In this document: piece after piece, positions 1-9,813 of the stretch | Numbering within the stretch: position 1 is the stretch's first letter | Layout: every line of letters begins with the position of its first letter | Origin: an uncultured delta proteobacterium | GTDB taxonomy: Bacteria; Desulfobacterota; Binatia; UBA9968 | DNA: 64,000 nucleotides | Direction of reading: 5' to 3' | Assembly (NCBI GenBank): GCA_963755715.1 | Contig: CAVWLW010000024.1 | Coordinates: 128,001 to 192,000, forward strand | Notes under the pieces: generated by a model | Databases searched by the model: none | The model's input: the letters and a program-made list of their open reading frames with translations, nothing else | Told to the model about the DNA's origin: nothing | Made by a program: the position numbers and the translations under genes

Positions 1-1
1 C

Positions 2-691
2 GGGTAGCACCGCCGATTCCACGTCGACGGCGAGGCCGATGAGCTTGCCGGCTTTGATATGCGGCTGCGCGGCGACATCCGATGCCATGGCGAAATTCAC
101 ATGCCCTCCCAACAGATTCGTCATCGCCTGCGCCGAGCCGGCGAAGGGAAGCGAGGTGATATCGATCTTCGCCGCGCGCTTCAACAGCTCCACTTCCAAC
201 GTCAGGCTTGTCCCCACCGGACCCACGGCGACGATCAGATCGCCGGGTTTTTTCTGCGCTTGAGAAACGACGTCTTTCAAGTTTTTGAACTCGGCGTCGG
301 CGCGACCGAGCATGATCACGGCTGCATAGCCGTGCAAAATCGCGATTGGCTGAAAATCACGGACCAAATTCGCCGGGGCCTTCGGATTGGCCACGCTCAT
401 CGTCGCCACTTGGCCGAGCAATGAGCCTAACAGCGTGTAGCCGTCCTTGCGCGCGCCCGCGACCTTTTCGGCGGCGATCGCGCCGGCGCCGGCGGGTTGA
501 TTGACCACATTCACCTGCACCTTTAAAGTCTTCGCCAACTCCTCGGCGAGGAGGCGAAATATGAGATCGATGCCGCCGCCCGGGCTCGACGACACGACGA
601 GCTCGATCGGCTTAGTGGGAAAATTCTGGCCGTAGAGGGCCGGACTCAATCCTAACACGGCCAAAGCGACGATCATGAACTTCAGTTTCAT
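2..691 (-). CDS. tctC: Tripartite tricarboxylate transporter substrate-binding protein (Bug/TctC), runs off the window edge
   Basis: Manual translation from ATG 691 (GGAGGT RBS): MKLKFMIVALAVLGLSPALYGQNFPTKPIELVVSSSPGGGIDLIFRLLAEEL...VVNQPAGAGAIA...DGYTLL, the Bug family signature; downstream of tctA. Confidence 0.9.
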   Translation of the reverse strand, partial: MKLKFMIVALAVLGLSPALYGQNFPTKPIELVVSSSPGGGIDLIFRLLAEELAKTLKVQVNVVNQPAGAGAIAAEKVAGARKDGYTLLGSLLGQVATMSVANPKAPANLVRDFQPIAILHGYAAVIMLGRADAEFKNLKDVVSQAQKKPGDLIVAVGPVGTSLTLEVELLKRAAKIDITSLPFAGSAQAMTNLLGGHVNFAMASDVAAQPHIKAGKLIGLAVDVESAVLP

Positions 692-772
692 GAAACCTCC
701 GGAGCACTTGTGGAATTAATGTCCCTTTCGGGGATGGTTGAAATCCCTAGTCCTCAGCCGAACTGAAAATTC

Positions 773-853
773 GTCATGCCGGTGAAAACCGGCATCCAGG
801 CCGTTTTCAGTTTAAGCTAAATCCGCCTGGATTCCGGCTTCAGCCGGAATGAC
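773..853. repeat. Inverted pair of GTCAT(G/T)CCGG...CCGG(C/A)ATCCAGG palindromic REP-like units
   Basis: gtcatgccggtgaaaaccggcatccagg (773-800) and cctggattccggcttcagccggaatgac (826-853) are inverted copies, each a hairpin. Confidence 0.75.
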
Positions 854-937
854 AGGAACAAGAGTCGACTTCCAGTCGACTAATTCAGAACCCTCAGATT
901 AGAGCCGAGTGTTCTTCAGTTTCTAAATCATTTGCAG

Positions 938-2443
938 TCACTGCTCTTCCAATTTCTCGATGATTTCATGGCCGATGCGTCGCCGCGTCAGCAGCGGGCT
1001 TAACAACATGAGCAACGCCGCGCCCATGAAGAACGCCGCGATCGGTCTTTGGAAAAAAATCGCAACGTGTCCCTTGGACATGATCAACGAGCGCCGAATC
1101 GCCGTCTCCAACAGCGGACCGATGACCAATCCCAGTACCATCGGCGCGGGCTCATAGGCAAATTTTTTCATCAGGTAGCCGACGACGCCGAAGATAATCA
1201 CGATCACGACGTCGCCGGTGTTGCCGGCGGCGGTGTAGGCGCCGATGATGCTGAACAGAATAATCAATGGGAAAAGGAAATAGTAGGGGACTTGCAGCAC
1301 TCTGATCCACAGGCCGATCAACGGCAGGTTGAGGATCAAAAGCATGGCATTGCCGATCGCCATGCTGCCGAGCAGGCCCCAGAAAATATCCGGCGAATTT
1401 TTGATAAACAACGGTCCGGGCGCCAAGCCGTGGATCATCAGCGCGCCAAAGATCAGCGATGTCACCGAGCCGGTTGGCAAGCCCAGGCTCAGCAGCGGGA
1501 TCCAGCCGCTGCAGCTCGCCGCATTATTTGCCGTCTCGGGCGCGGCCACGCCTTCGATGGCGCCGCGGCCGAATTTTTCCGGATGCTTGGAAATCTTTTT
1601 TTCGACCGCATAGGCGGCAAACGTGGCGATGACGACGTTCAAACCGGGAATCGCGCCGACCAAAAAACCCAGAACGGTTCCGCGAGTGATGGGCATCGCG
1701 GAATCCTTCCAGTCTTGCAGCGTCGGCAGTAGCCCCTTGATCTTTTTTTGAAAGATTTCTCCCGCGTGCGCCTGCAGATTGACCAAGACCTCGGAAACTC
1801 CAAAGAGACCGATCACGACCGGAGTCAAGCCAACGCCGTCGCGCAGCACCAAAATATCGAAGGTGAAGCGCGGTTGGCCGGTGACGGGATCGAGGCCGAC
1901 GCTGGCGAGAAGACTGCCGAAGAGCGCCATCAGCAGCGCTTTGTCCATCGGGCCGTGCGCCAGATAAACGAGGGCGGTCAAACCGAACAGGAGCAGGGCG
2001 GCATATTCCGGCGGGCCAAAGCGAAGCCCCAATTCCGCCAACGCCGGCGCCAAGAATGCCACGCCAAGGAGCGCAACCATGCCGCCGATAAAGGAGCCGA
2101 AGGCGGCGATGCCCAGCGCCGGACCCGCGCGACCCTGGCGCGCCATCGCGTAGCCGTCGAGACAGGTGATGACCGAAGAAGCTTCGCCCGGAATATTGAC
2201 TAGAATCGACGTCGTCGAGCCACCGTACTGGGCGCCATAGGTAATGCCGAACAACATAATCAAATAGGCCAGAGGCGGCGCGTGCAAAGCCAGCGGCAAG
2301 AGTAACGCGATGGCGCCCGCCGGGCCGAGACCGGGAAGCACACCGACCAAAGTGCCCAACAGGACGCCGGCAAAACCGTATAATAGGTTGAGCGGCGAAG
2401 CAGCGGTGAGAATACCCTGAGCTAACGAATGCAGCGTGTCCAT
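938..2443 (-). CDS. tctA: Tripartite tricarboxylate transporter large permease TctA
   Basis: 501 aa hydrophobic; GVLPGLG, YGGSTTSILVNIPG, EGVAAPETANNA motifs. Confidence 0.95.
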   Translation of the reverse strand: MDTLHSLAQGILTAASPLNLLYGFAGVLLGTLVGVLPGLGPAGAIALLLPLALHAPPLAYLIMLFGITYGAQYGGSTTSILVNIPGEASSVITCLDGYAMARQGRAGPALGIAAFGSFIGGMVALLGVAFLAPALAELGLRFGPPEYAALLLFGLTALVYLAHGPMDKALLMALFGSLLASVGLDPVTGQPRFTFDILVLRDGVGLTPVVIGLFGVSEVLVNLQAHAGEIFQKKIKGLLPTLQDWKDSAMPITRGTVLGFLVGAIPGLNVVIATFAAYAVEKKISKHPEKFGRGAIEGVAAPETANNAASCSGWIPLLSLGLPTGSVTSLIFGALMIHGLAPGPLFIKNSPDIFWGLLGSMAIGNAMLLILNLPLIGLWIRVLQVPYYFLFPLIILFSIIGAYTAAGNTGDVVIVIIFGVVGYLMKKFAYEPAPMVLGLVIGPLLETAIRRSLIMSKGHVAIFFQRPIAAFFMGAALLMLLSPLLTRRRIGHEIIEKLEEQ

Positions 2444-2455
2444 CGGTCGCGCGTG

Positions 2456-2914
2456 TCAAATGAGCCAGCTCAGCAAGCCTCTCGGCATTTCAGCCTTTAG
2501 CAGCACGTCAAAAAAGAAATGGGACGCTAGCGCTACCGCCGCTGCGAAACTCAGAGTCGCGGGCCAGCGGCGCGCAGCGATGACTTTTAAATAGAAAGCG
2601 ACAAGCAGGAACGTGCAGAAAAGAAATCCGAGAAGGTCGAGCAAAAACGCGTACGCCATCATGCCGGCAATGACGTAAAGGACGAGTTTCGCTTCGCCGG
2701 CGATGGCTAGCTCAGAATTATCATCCGGCGAATTCTTTCGAATACTATTTACCAAGCGAAAAGCGGCGATCAGCCCTATGGCGATGGCGGCGATGAAAGG
2801 GAAAAACCCCGGCCCGGGCCGATTGGCCGTGCTTAGACCGAGCCGATAGGATTCGACGGATAAGTAGCACGAGAGCAGCAGCCAAAAGCTGCAGATGATG
2901 ATTTCTCTTTTCAC
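2456..2914 (-). CDS. tctB: Tripartite tricarboxylate transporter small permease TctB
   Basis: 152 aa, about 4 TM segments, PGPGFFP motif, adjacent to tctA. Confidence 0.9.
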   Translation of the reverse strand: MKREIIICSFWLLLSCYLSVESYRLGLSTANRPGPGFFPFIAAIAIGLIAAFRLVNSIRKNSPDDNSELAIAGEAKLVLYVIAGMMAYAFLLDLLGFLFCTFLLVAFYLKVIAARRWPATLSFAAAVALASHFFFDVLLKAEMPRGLLSWLI

Positions 2915-2926
2915 GAGCGCGCTTGA

Positions 2927-4444
2927 TTAGGAATATTCTTTGATGAAGTCGGCGGCGCGCTCGCCGATCATCATGCTGGTGAGATTGGTATTAGCGTGGG
3001 CGACCGTCGGCATGATCGAGGCGTCGCCGATCCAGAGATTCTCCATGCCGTGTACGCGGAGGTGTTGATCGACAACGGCCATGGGGTCGGACGCGGGTCC
3101 CATCTTGCAGGTGCCGACGCCGTGAAAATAGCTGGTGTAAGCGGAGCGGGCGAACTTGGTCCAGTCTTCATCCGGACTCGGCGAAAATAACTCGCCGCAG
3201 AATCTATCCATCGGTTCGGTGGCGGCGAGCCGCTGGACGAATTTCATCGCCGAAACCATCGCTTGAATGTCTTTGGGGTGCTCCAACATGCGCGGATCGA
3301 TAATCGGCAAATCCGTCGGATCGGAACTTTGCAGCGTCAAGCGGCCGCGATTGGTCTGCTCCAGCAAGTGACAGGAGAAACCGATCATGTCGCCGATCCC
3401 GGAAACCGTGGTGATGTCGCGCAGGATGATGTGAAAATCGATATACTCGCGCGCCGGATCGCTCTTGAAGTAGAGCTTCAACGTTGAGCGGCCGCGAGCT
3501 TGCGACTCGAGGCCGTTGGTTTTCGCTTTCAGCGTCATCGTCACCACGGGATGGTCTTGGTAATTTTCGCCGACGCCGTCAAGTCGATGGACGACCGAAA
3601 TGCCATGACGTTCCAACTCATCGCGCGGACCGATGCCCGAGAGCATGAGAATTTGCGGCGAGTGATACACGCCCGCGCTGAGTACGACTTTGTCCGCAGT
3701 GGCTGTGTGCTCATTGCCAGCAATTCGATAACGCACGCCGGAGACGGTTTTACCGCTGAGAATCAGCGAAGTGACCTGCGCGTCGCCGATGATCGCTAGA
3801 TTTCGTCGCGCTCGCGCCGGACCGAGATAGGCAATAGCCGAAGATTGCCGTTTGCCGTCTTTGATATTGCGCGCCGTCGGCGCGATGCCGTAGGGATTCG
3901 GCTCGTTTTGATCGTCGAAGCGCGGCAATCCCAATAGGGTTACGGCTTTTAACAACGCCTGTTCCGGTGCGCTGAGCTGTGCATCGAAGACATGTTTGCG
4001 CTTCACATAGATCGGGCCGTGATCGCCGTGAATTGGACTGTGGGGAAAATCCTGATCGGCTTCGATGCGCTTCAACACCGGCAGGATTTTTTCCCATGAC
4101 CAATCGGGATTGCCTTGAGCCGACCAAGTGTCCATGTCGGCTTTTATCGGCCGCGGAATCGACATCATATTGACCGACGAGCCGCCGCCCATGATACGCC
4201 CGGCGAGGGAGTAAAATTCGCTGGAGTCGTAATTGCGCTTGGTCGGATACATGACGATATAGGGACTCTCCAGCAACACGTTGGTGGCTTTCTCGGCATC
4301 GGCGACCGTTTCGGGAATCGGCTGCGGATCGGGACCCGCTTCGAGCAGCAAGACTTTCCGCTTCGGGTCTTCGGCAAGGCGTGATGCGATTACGCAACCC
4401 GCCGAACCGCCGCCGGCGACAATAACGTCGTAATGTTCAGGCAT
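2927..4444 (-). CDS. GMC family FAD oxidoreductase (choline dehydrogenase-like)
   Basis: YDVIVAGGGSAG FAD motif, GGGSSVN, SPQILMLSGIG, HGVGTCKMG, DASIMP, NTNLT; likely start ATG 4444. Confidence 0.92.
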   Translation of the reverse strand: MPEHYDVIVAGGGSAGCVIASRLAEDPKRKVLLLEAGPDPQPIPETVADAEKATNVLLESPYIVMYPTKRNYDSSEFYSLAGRIMGGGSSVNMMSIPRPIKADMDTWSAQGNPDWSWEKILPVLKRIEADQDFPHSPIHGDHGPIYVKRKHVFDAQLSAPEQALLKAVTLLGLPRFDDQNEPNPYGIAPTARNIKDGKRQSSAIAYLGPARARRNLAIIGDAQVTSLILSGKTVSGVRYRIAGNEHTATADKVVLSAGVYHSPQILMLSGIGPRDELERHGISVVHRLDGVGENYQDHPVVTMTLKAKTNGLESQARGRSTLKLYFKSDPAREYIDFHIILRDITTVSGIGDMIGFSCHLLEQTNRGRLTLQSSDPTDLPIIDPRMLEHPKDIQAMVSAMKFVQRLAATEPMDRFCGELFSPSPDEDWTKFARSAYTSYFHGVGTCKMGPASDPMAVVDQHLRVHGMENLWIGDASIMPTVAHANTNLTSMMIGERAADFIKEYS

Positions 4445-4449
4445 GAGCT

Positions 4450-4585
4450 TCTCCGCGGCGTTGAAGAAATTTGACCTCACCACGAAGGTCACGAAGGAAT
4501 TCAGGCATAATAATTTTTACCTTCGTGTCCTTCGTACCTTCGTGGTGAATCCTGTTGTTTTTTAGTTGCGGCAGTGCCGCGCTGG
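4450..4585 (-). mobile_element. Degenerate non-autonomous element: left end CCAGCGCGGC-nnn-GCCGCAAC plus internal CACCACGAAG inverted pair (4477-4548)
   Basis: Reverse strand reads ccagcgcggcactgccgcaactaaaaaaacaacaggattcaccacgaagg..., nearly the same as 9814-9872. Confidence 0.65.
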
Positions 4586-4586
4586 G

Positions 4587-5540
4587 TCACCATTCCACAC
4601 CAAGCTGTTTGAGCCGCCGGCGATACTCCAGAGCGGGAGTATCCGGGCCGCGCAAGTGCAGCTCCTCGGCGAGATCGAGCGGCAGCTCTTCCGGGCGCTG
4701 CGATTCGACGATTCTTTTATCTTGCTCGAAGATGCGCCGATGCTGCGCGTTCAGTTGTTCGTCGGTTTTCACGTCGCGATAGTTGCGCCCGGCGAGGCGA
4801 TAAAATTTGGTCTCGTGATTCGACACCGGGGTGCAAAGATAAATATTGGTATGGCGCTCGACGCTGTCGGGTTGGCGGCGTTGGATCGTCACCATGAACG
4901 GCAGGATGACCGTGTACAACTGTTTAGCGGCGCTATTCGGGCGGAATTTGTTGACCGGCGTATCGATCTCATACTGGAAACCGCCCTTGGTCTCGATGAG
5001 TGCGATCACCGGCGACTCGGCTCGATCGGGATCGCCGAGGATGCCGGCGTGAACCCACGGAAAGTGGGAAAAGTCGGCGAGGTTTTCGATCATGCGCGCG
5101 GCGTTGGCACGCCACTGGCCTTCCGACGTGTAGGGTTCCCAGTTAAAGCTCGGATCGCCGAACTCAGGCGGAAATTCCGGAATCTCCTGGCGCGGCTCGT
5201 CGAGACAGACCCAAACCAAACCGTAGCGCTCTTGCACGCGATACGCTTTTGCGCGCGCCTTGGCGGGTATCTCGCGATCCGGCGGCAGCGACGGTATGCG
5301 CGTGCAACGGCCGTCTGCGGCGTAGTTCCAACCATGATATCCGCACACCAATTGATCGCCGTTCACCCAACCGAGTGAAAGCGCCGCGCCGCGGTGAATG
5401 CAGAGATCGTAGAAGGCCGACAAACTGCCATTAGCGCGCCAGATCACCAAGGGCTGATCGAGCAGCTTGACCGCGACGGGTTTATCGGTGACTTCTCTAG
5501 ACCATAAAATGGGATGCCAGTATTGGCCAAGCGCATTCAT
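4587..5540 (-). CDS. Rieske non-heme iron oxygenase alpha subunit (VanA/O- or N-demethylase-like)
   Basis: CIHRG...CGYHGW Rieske motif; ENLADFSHFPWVH and IFEQD mononuclear iron ligands. Confidence 0.92.
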   Translation of the reverse strand: MNALGQYWHPILWSREVTDKPVAVKLLDQPLVIWRANGSLSAFYDLCIHRGAALSLGWVNGDQLVCGYHGWNYAADGRCTRIPSLPPDREIPAKARAKAYRVQERYGLVWVCLDEPRQEIPEFPPEFGDPSFNWEPYTSEGQWRANAARMIENLADFSHFPWVHAGILGDPDRAESPVIALIETKGGFQYEIDTPVNKFRPNSAAKQLYTVILPFMVTIQRRQPDSVERHTNIYLCTPVSNHETKFYRLAGRNYRDVKTDEQLNAQHRRIFEQDKRIVESQRPEELPLDLAEELHLRGPDTPALEYRRRLKQLGVEW

Positions 5541-5631
5541 AGAAGCACTCCTGAAACGATACTTCTCGGATCGACATGCAATGACGTAACCATGTCGAAA
5601 GTCAATTTCGCTTCATAACTCATGCTTCGAT

Positions 5632-7113
5632 TTATTGCGAACCCGATGCCGGTGCCAAAAGAGGCCCGCCGGCGCGTTTGCTCGCGGCAACAAATGATTC
5701 GGTGGCTTTGGTTATGACTTCTTCGGCGTCGAGCGCGGTGAGTTCGCCTTTGTGCTTGAGGATTCGGCCGTCGATGATCACCGTATCGACGTTGTACGGT
5801 TGCGCTTGCTGGACGAGGAGCAGCGCAGGATTGAAAAACGGCGCGACGTTAAGGTCATTGGTTCGGACTAGGATCAAATCGGCGCGTTTGCCGGGCGTGA
5901 GTGAGCCGACGCGGTCGGCAATGCCCAAGTCTCTGGCCCCGTCGATGGTGGCCAATTCCAAAATTCGCCGCGGCTGTACTTCCATCACGTCCATGGAGCG
6001 CAAATGATTGAGCTGGAGCATGAGGCGCATGATGCTGAACATGTCGGCGTTGCCGCCGACCGTGGTCGTGTCGACGGACAAGCTGCATTGCACGCCACGC
6101 TTGAGAAGGTCGCCGAGATAGGGGAGACCCGAGGCCAGGCGCGAAGCGGTGAACGGCGCTATGCTGTTGTGAGTTTGAGTTTCGGCCATCATGCCACGTT
6201 CTTCCGGCGAGGCATTGTAGGTGTGAATGAGCTGCACATCCGGACCGAGCAGCTTGTCTTTATATAAGATTTCGATGCGGTGGAATTTTTTGATCTCGGC
6301 GATGGAACGACCGGCGTGTTGGGTGATCGGCAATCCCAAAGCTCGCGCACTCTCCCACTCTTTGCGATAGGTCGACGGCGGCGTGTCGCCGGGACCGCGC
6401 GACGCGAAGCCCATGGTGAGCAGACCATCATTCGATGCGCCGAACCATTCGCGCTTCACGCGCGCGATGTCATCGAAATCAGTGGTTTGCTCGGGCTTTT
6501 GCTGCAGATTGCGGCTGAAACCGTAGGAAAATCGCGCGCGAATGCCGCAATCGCGCAGCGCGCGCAGGTCGGCGTCGGCGTAAGCGCCGGAAATGATGTT
6601 GTGCGACCAGTCATGAATCGTCGTCAGGCCGGAGTTGATCGCCTCGGTGATGCCTAACTTGGCGCTGTTGTATGCGTCTTCCGGCGTCATGACAGGGCCG
6701 AGCCGGCTCATCACCGGGAAATAATCGAAATCACCGTCGGCGACGATGCCGCGAGCGAAACTACCCCAAAGATGAAAGTGGGTGTCGACGAAACCCGGTA
6801 AAGCAAGCCGATTGCGGCCGTCGATTTCTTCGGCGCCGGGCGCATTGAGCTTTGGGCCGACGGCGACTAAGGCGCCGTTACGGACGTGAACGTCGCCGTT
6901 GGGAATATCGCCCAACTTGTTGTCCATCGTCACCACGTAGGCGTTGCGCACGACGAACTCGCCGCGTGACGGCAGCTTTCCTGAACCACGCTCCGATGTC
7001 GATAGTCGTGCGCTTTGCGGTGAATTTGCCGCACAGGCGGAAAGTCCCACGGCGCCGAGGGCGGCGACCGCCTCGATAAAATTACGCCGGCTTATTTTGT
7101 TCGCTTTAGCCAC
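5632..7113 (-). CDS. Amidohydrolase family deaminase-like protein with Tat lipoprotein signal
   Basis: PGFVDTHFH, GSLTPGKRADL; N-terminal SRRNFI and LSAC lipobox; AGGAG RBS favours GTG 7113. Confidence 0.85.
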   Translation of the reverse strand: MAKANKISRRNFIEAVAALGAVGLSACAANSPQSARLSTSERGSGKLPSRGEFVVRNAYVVTMDNKLGDIPNGDVHVRNGALVAVGPKLNAPGAEEIDGRNRLALPGFVDTHFHLWGSFARGIVADGDFDYFPVMSRLGPVMTPEDAYNSAKLGITEAINSGLTTIHDWSHNIISGAYADADLRALRDCGIRARFSYGFSRNLQQKPEQTTDFDDIARVKREWFGASNDGLLTMGFASRGPGDTPPSTYRKEWESARALGLPITQHAGRSIAEIKKFHRIEILYKDKLLGPDVQLIHTYNASPEERGMMAETQTHNSIAPFTASRLASGLPYLGDLLKRGVQCSLSVDTTTVGGNADMFSIMRLMLQLNHLRSMDVMEVQPRRILELATIDGARDLGIADRVGSLTPGKRADLILVRTNDLNVAPFFNPALLLVQQAQPYNVDTVIIDGRILKHKGELTALDAEEVITKATESFVAASKRAGGPLLAPASGSQ

Positions 7114-7269
7114 GATCACTCTCCTTGTTCGGCGCTAGCGGCAGCAAGCCGGAACTATTTTGTTCCGGAAAATTTATAAAGAGCTGGTCGGAGAGTAGTA
7201 AATCCGCTTGCGAGTCGTCAAGAAAATAGTAAGGGAAAACTTTTCAACGGGCTCCCGTCGCAGGGTTTG

Positions 7270-7860
7270 CTACTGATCTCTTTCGCGCCACATGTACCAG
7301 ATCGGCGTGCCGATGAGTTCTTCTTCACGCCGAACCGCGAAGCCGAATTTTTCATAGAACTTGACGTTCTCCGCTTTGTCGGTTTCGAGGTAGCCCGGGA
7401 GTTTTTCTTGCTGAAGATATTCGACGTAGCGATGCATCAGCGCCGTGCCCACGCCCTGGCCTTGGCTTTCGGGCGCGACGCCGATGGGACCCAGATGGAC
7501 ATGCGGCTCATCGGGATCGAGACGGCACCAGCGGGCAAACCAGGCGATCACTTTTGGGTTCGCCGCGCCGAGCGGTTTCAGCAAAGTTGCCATGGTGTTT
7601 GGGATCTCTTCCGGCGCGGGCAGGCAATAGGGCGATTCGTTGAAATGGACGTAGCCGCGAATCGCACCGTTCACCGAAGCGACGTGAGCATGGCCGTTGA
7701 ACATGTGGCGCAGACCGATGCGAAAGAACAATCGGTTCTGATCCATGCGCTCGGCCCCGAAAGCGGCGATGTGCAGCGGACTGGCAACGAAGGCGTCGGC
7801 CAGGACCGATTGCACCGTTTCCAAGTCTCTTTCTCGATAATTTTCAACGAGGATCGTCAT
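7270..7860 (-). CDS. GNAT family N-acetyltransferase
   Basis: LGPIGVAPESQGQGVGTALM (motif A), YLET, NVKFYEKFGF. Confidence 0.9.
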   Translation of the reverse strand: MTILVENYRERDLETVQSVLADAFVASPLHIAAFGAERMDQNRLFFRIGLRHMFNGHAHVASVNGAIRGYVHFNESPYCLPAPEEIPNTMATLLKPLGAANPKVIAWFARWCRLDPDEPHVHLGPIGVAPESQGQGVGTALMHRYVEYLQQEKLPGYLETDKAENVKFYEKFGFAVRREEELIGTPIWYMWRERDQ

Positions 7861-7882
7861 CGCCGGAGTCGCTGCGCAAAAT

Positions 7883-8624
7883 TCACAAGCTCTCGACGCC
7901 CTTGCCGATGGTTGCTTTGAGCAGGGCGGCTAGGTCGGCGATTTCTTTCTGACCGTCGCCTGTGAAAGAGGAGCCGTGCATGGCGGCAAGAGTTTGCGGG
8001 TGCAAAAGAGCGAGTCTTTGCAAGGCGGCGTCCGTCTGCGCCGTGTAAGGCATATCGTGGGCCAGCGGACCGGAAAGATTTTCAAGGATTGCGTCTCTTG
8101 TGCGGCCGAGCGTGCTCGAGTCCGTTAAAGGTTCGGGATCTCCCGGTTGAAAAAATAGATCGGAACAGAACAGGGTGCGCTGGACGCTTTCGAAAAATAA
8201 GCCCGCGTCCCAGCAGTGCGGCACATGCGGCGTGGCGAGAAATTGCAGGCGATAACGTCCGGTTTGGAGGATCTCGTTATCCGCCAGCGCGCGCGCGGGC
8301 CGATCGGCGAAGTCGTTGACCATGACGACGGCGCCGACGAAACTGCAGACCGCCTGCGCCCGGGGCGCGACATTCAGCCATTCATTCAACGCGCCGCACT
8401 CGTCGGATTCGAAGTGGCTGAAGCCAATCCAGCGCAACTTGCGCGGGATCGAGGATGGACGACACGCCTTCGAGGGTCGTTGGAAACATTTTTTTCATGC
8501 CCGTATGCATGATAAACGGCTCTTCGTCGGCGACGAGAAATTGATTGAATTGAATGCCGAACTCCGGATGAAAGGTGGAAATACGAAAAACGTTGGGGGC
8601 GATTTCTGTAACATTGGCCTGCAT
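7883..8624 (-). CDS. MBL-fold metallo-protein (FprA/ODP-like di-iron domain), frameshift near 8440
   Basis: ORFs 8382..8684 and 7883..8437 join: NQFLV..EP..HTG / [26 protein letters not shown]. Confidence 0.75.
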
Positions 8625-8814
8625 GACTTTTCTCCTTACCCGGCAAGAGCGAAGAGCTAGGGTTCTCACAATTGAATAGCGCAACGTGCGAATGTTTCAA
8701 GGCGGAGCCGCCAAGCAACGCGGCGGACTGGACATTTTTAGCGCAGGCAGGCTACGTTGCGTCGAGATTGAAACCGATTTGTCGCGGCTGCATTTTCGAA
8801 TGAGGTGATCCTCG

Positions 8815-9813
8815 ATGGCGAAAAATATTTTTGTGAGCCTGATCTGTCTTATCGGGTTTGGTTGCGTCAACCGCGCCGACGGGCAAACGACCAAGCTCGT
8901 GGTCGCCTACGCCTCTCCCGCCGCGACGTTTTGTCCCGGCGTAATCGCCAAGCGCGAAGGACTGTTTGCGCGCTACGGTCTAGACGTCGAGATGGTGCTG
9001 ATGCAGGGCGCGTCGACCTATATGCCGGCGCTGGCGAACGGCAATATCCAGGTTCTCTACGGCGGCGGCACGGCGGTGTCGCGGGCGATCGCGACGGGCG
9101 GCTTCGATTTCGTCGTGATTGCCACAGAGACCCGCTACGTGCCTTTGCGCATGATGGTCAATGCCTCGATTCAGACGCCGGCTCAGCTCAAGGGAAAACG
9201 ACTCGGCGCGGGACAGGCCGGCCTAGATGAGTACGCGACGATCTTGTATCTGGAAAAGATTGGCATGACGCCGAACAAGGATGTGCAAATCGTCTATCTC
9301 GCCGGCGGCGTGCCGAGCCGCGCAGCGGCGATGAAACAAGGCCTGATCGACGGTGTCGCGGTGAATCCGCCCAATGAATATGAGCTCGAAAAGGCCGGCT
9401 ATCGCGAGCTTGCCAACTTTCTCGACTTCAAGATGCCCTACGCCGGCGTGCCGCATACCGTGAGCCGCGCATTTCGGGATAAGAACCGCAAAGTGGTCGA
9501 GGATTATATGACCGCAATCGTGGAAGGGATTCAAATCTTTCGCACGAACAGGCAGGCGGCCTATCGTGCGATCTTCGAGCTAACCCGGCAGAAAGATCCG
9601 GTGCTGCTCGAACGCACTTATGATTCGTATGCGAAACAATACGATGCGATCGGCGGCATACCGATCCCTTGGGAAGCCGGTATCGAGAGCATGATCACCG
9701 GCTTTCACGAGCGCTTCAATCCCCAGGGAATAAAAAATCGCGACGCCAAGCCCTATCTCGATCCAACCTTCGTGCAGAAGGCGGTGGAGCGATTGAAGCT
9801 GGGCAAGAAATAA
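8815..9813 (+). CDS. NMT1/THI5-like (SsuA/TauA-type) substrate-binding protein
   Basis: Signal peptide, GLFARYGLDVE, LKGKRLG, typical family layout. Confidence 0.85.
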   Translation: MAKNIFVSLICLIGFGCVNRADGQTTKLVVAYASPAATFCPGVIAKREGLFARYGLDVEMVLMQGASTYMPALANGNIQVLYGGGTAVSRAIATGGFDFVVIATETRYVPLRMMVNASIQTPAQLKGKRLGAGQAGLDEYATILYLEKIGMTPNKDVQIVYLAGGVPSRAAAMKQGLIDGVAVNPPNEYELEKAGYRELANFLDFKMPYAGVPHTVSRAFRDKNRKVVEDYMTAIVEGIQIFRTNRQAAYRAIFELTRQKDPVLLERTYDSYAKQYDAIGGIPIPWEAGIESMITGFHERFNPQGIKNRDAKPYLDPTFVQKAVERLKLGKK

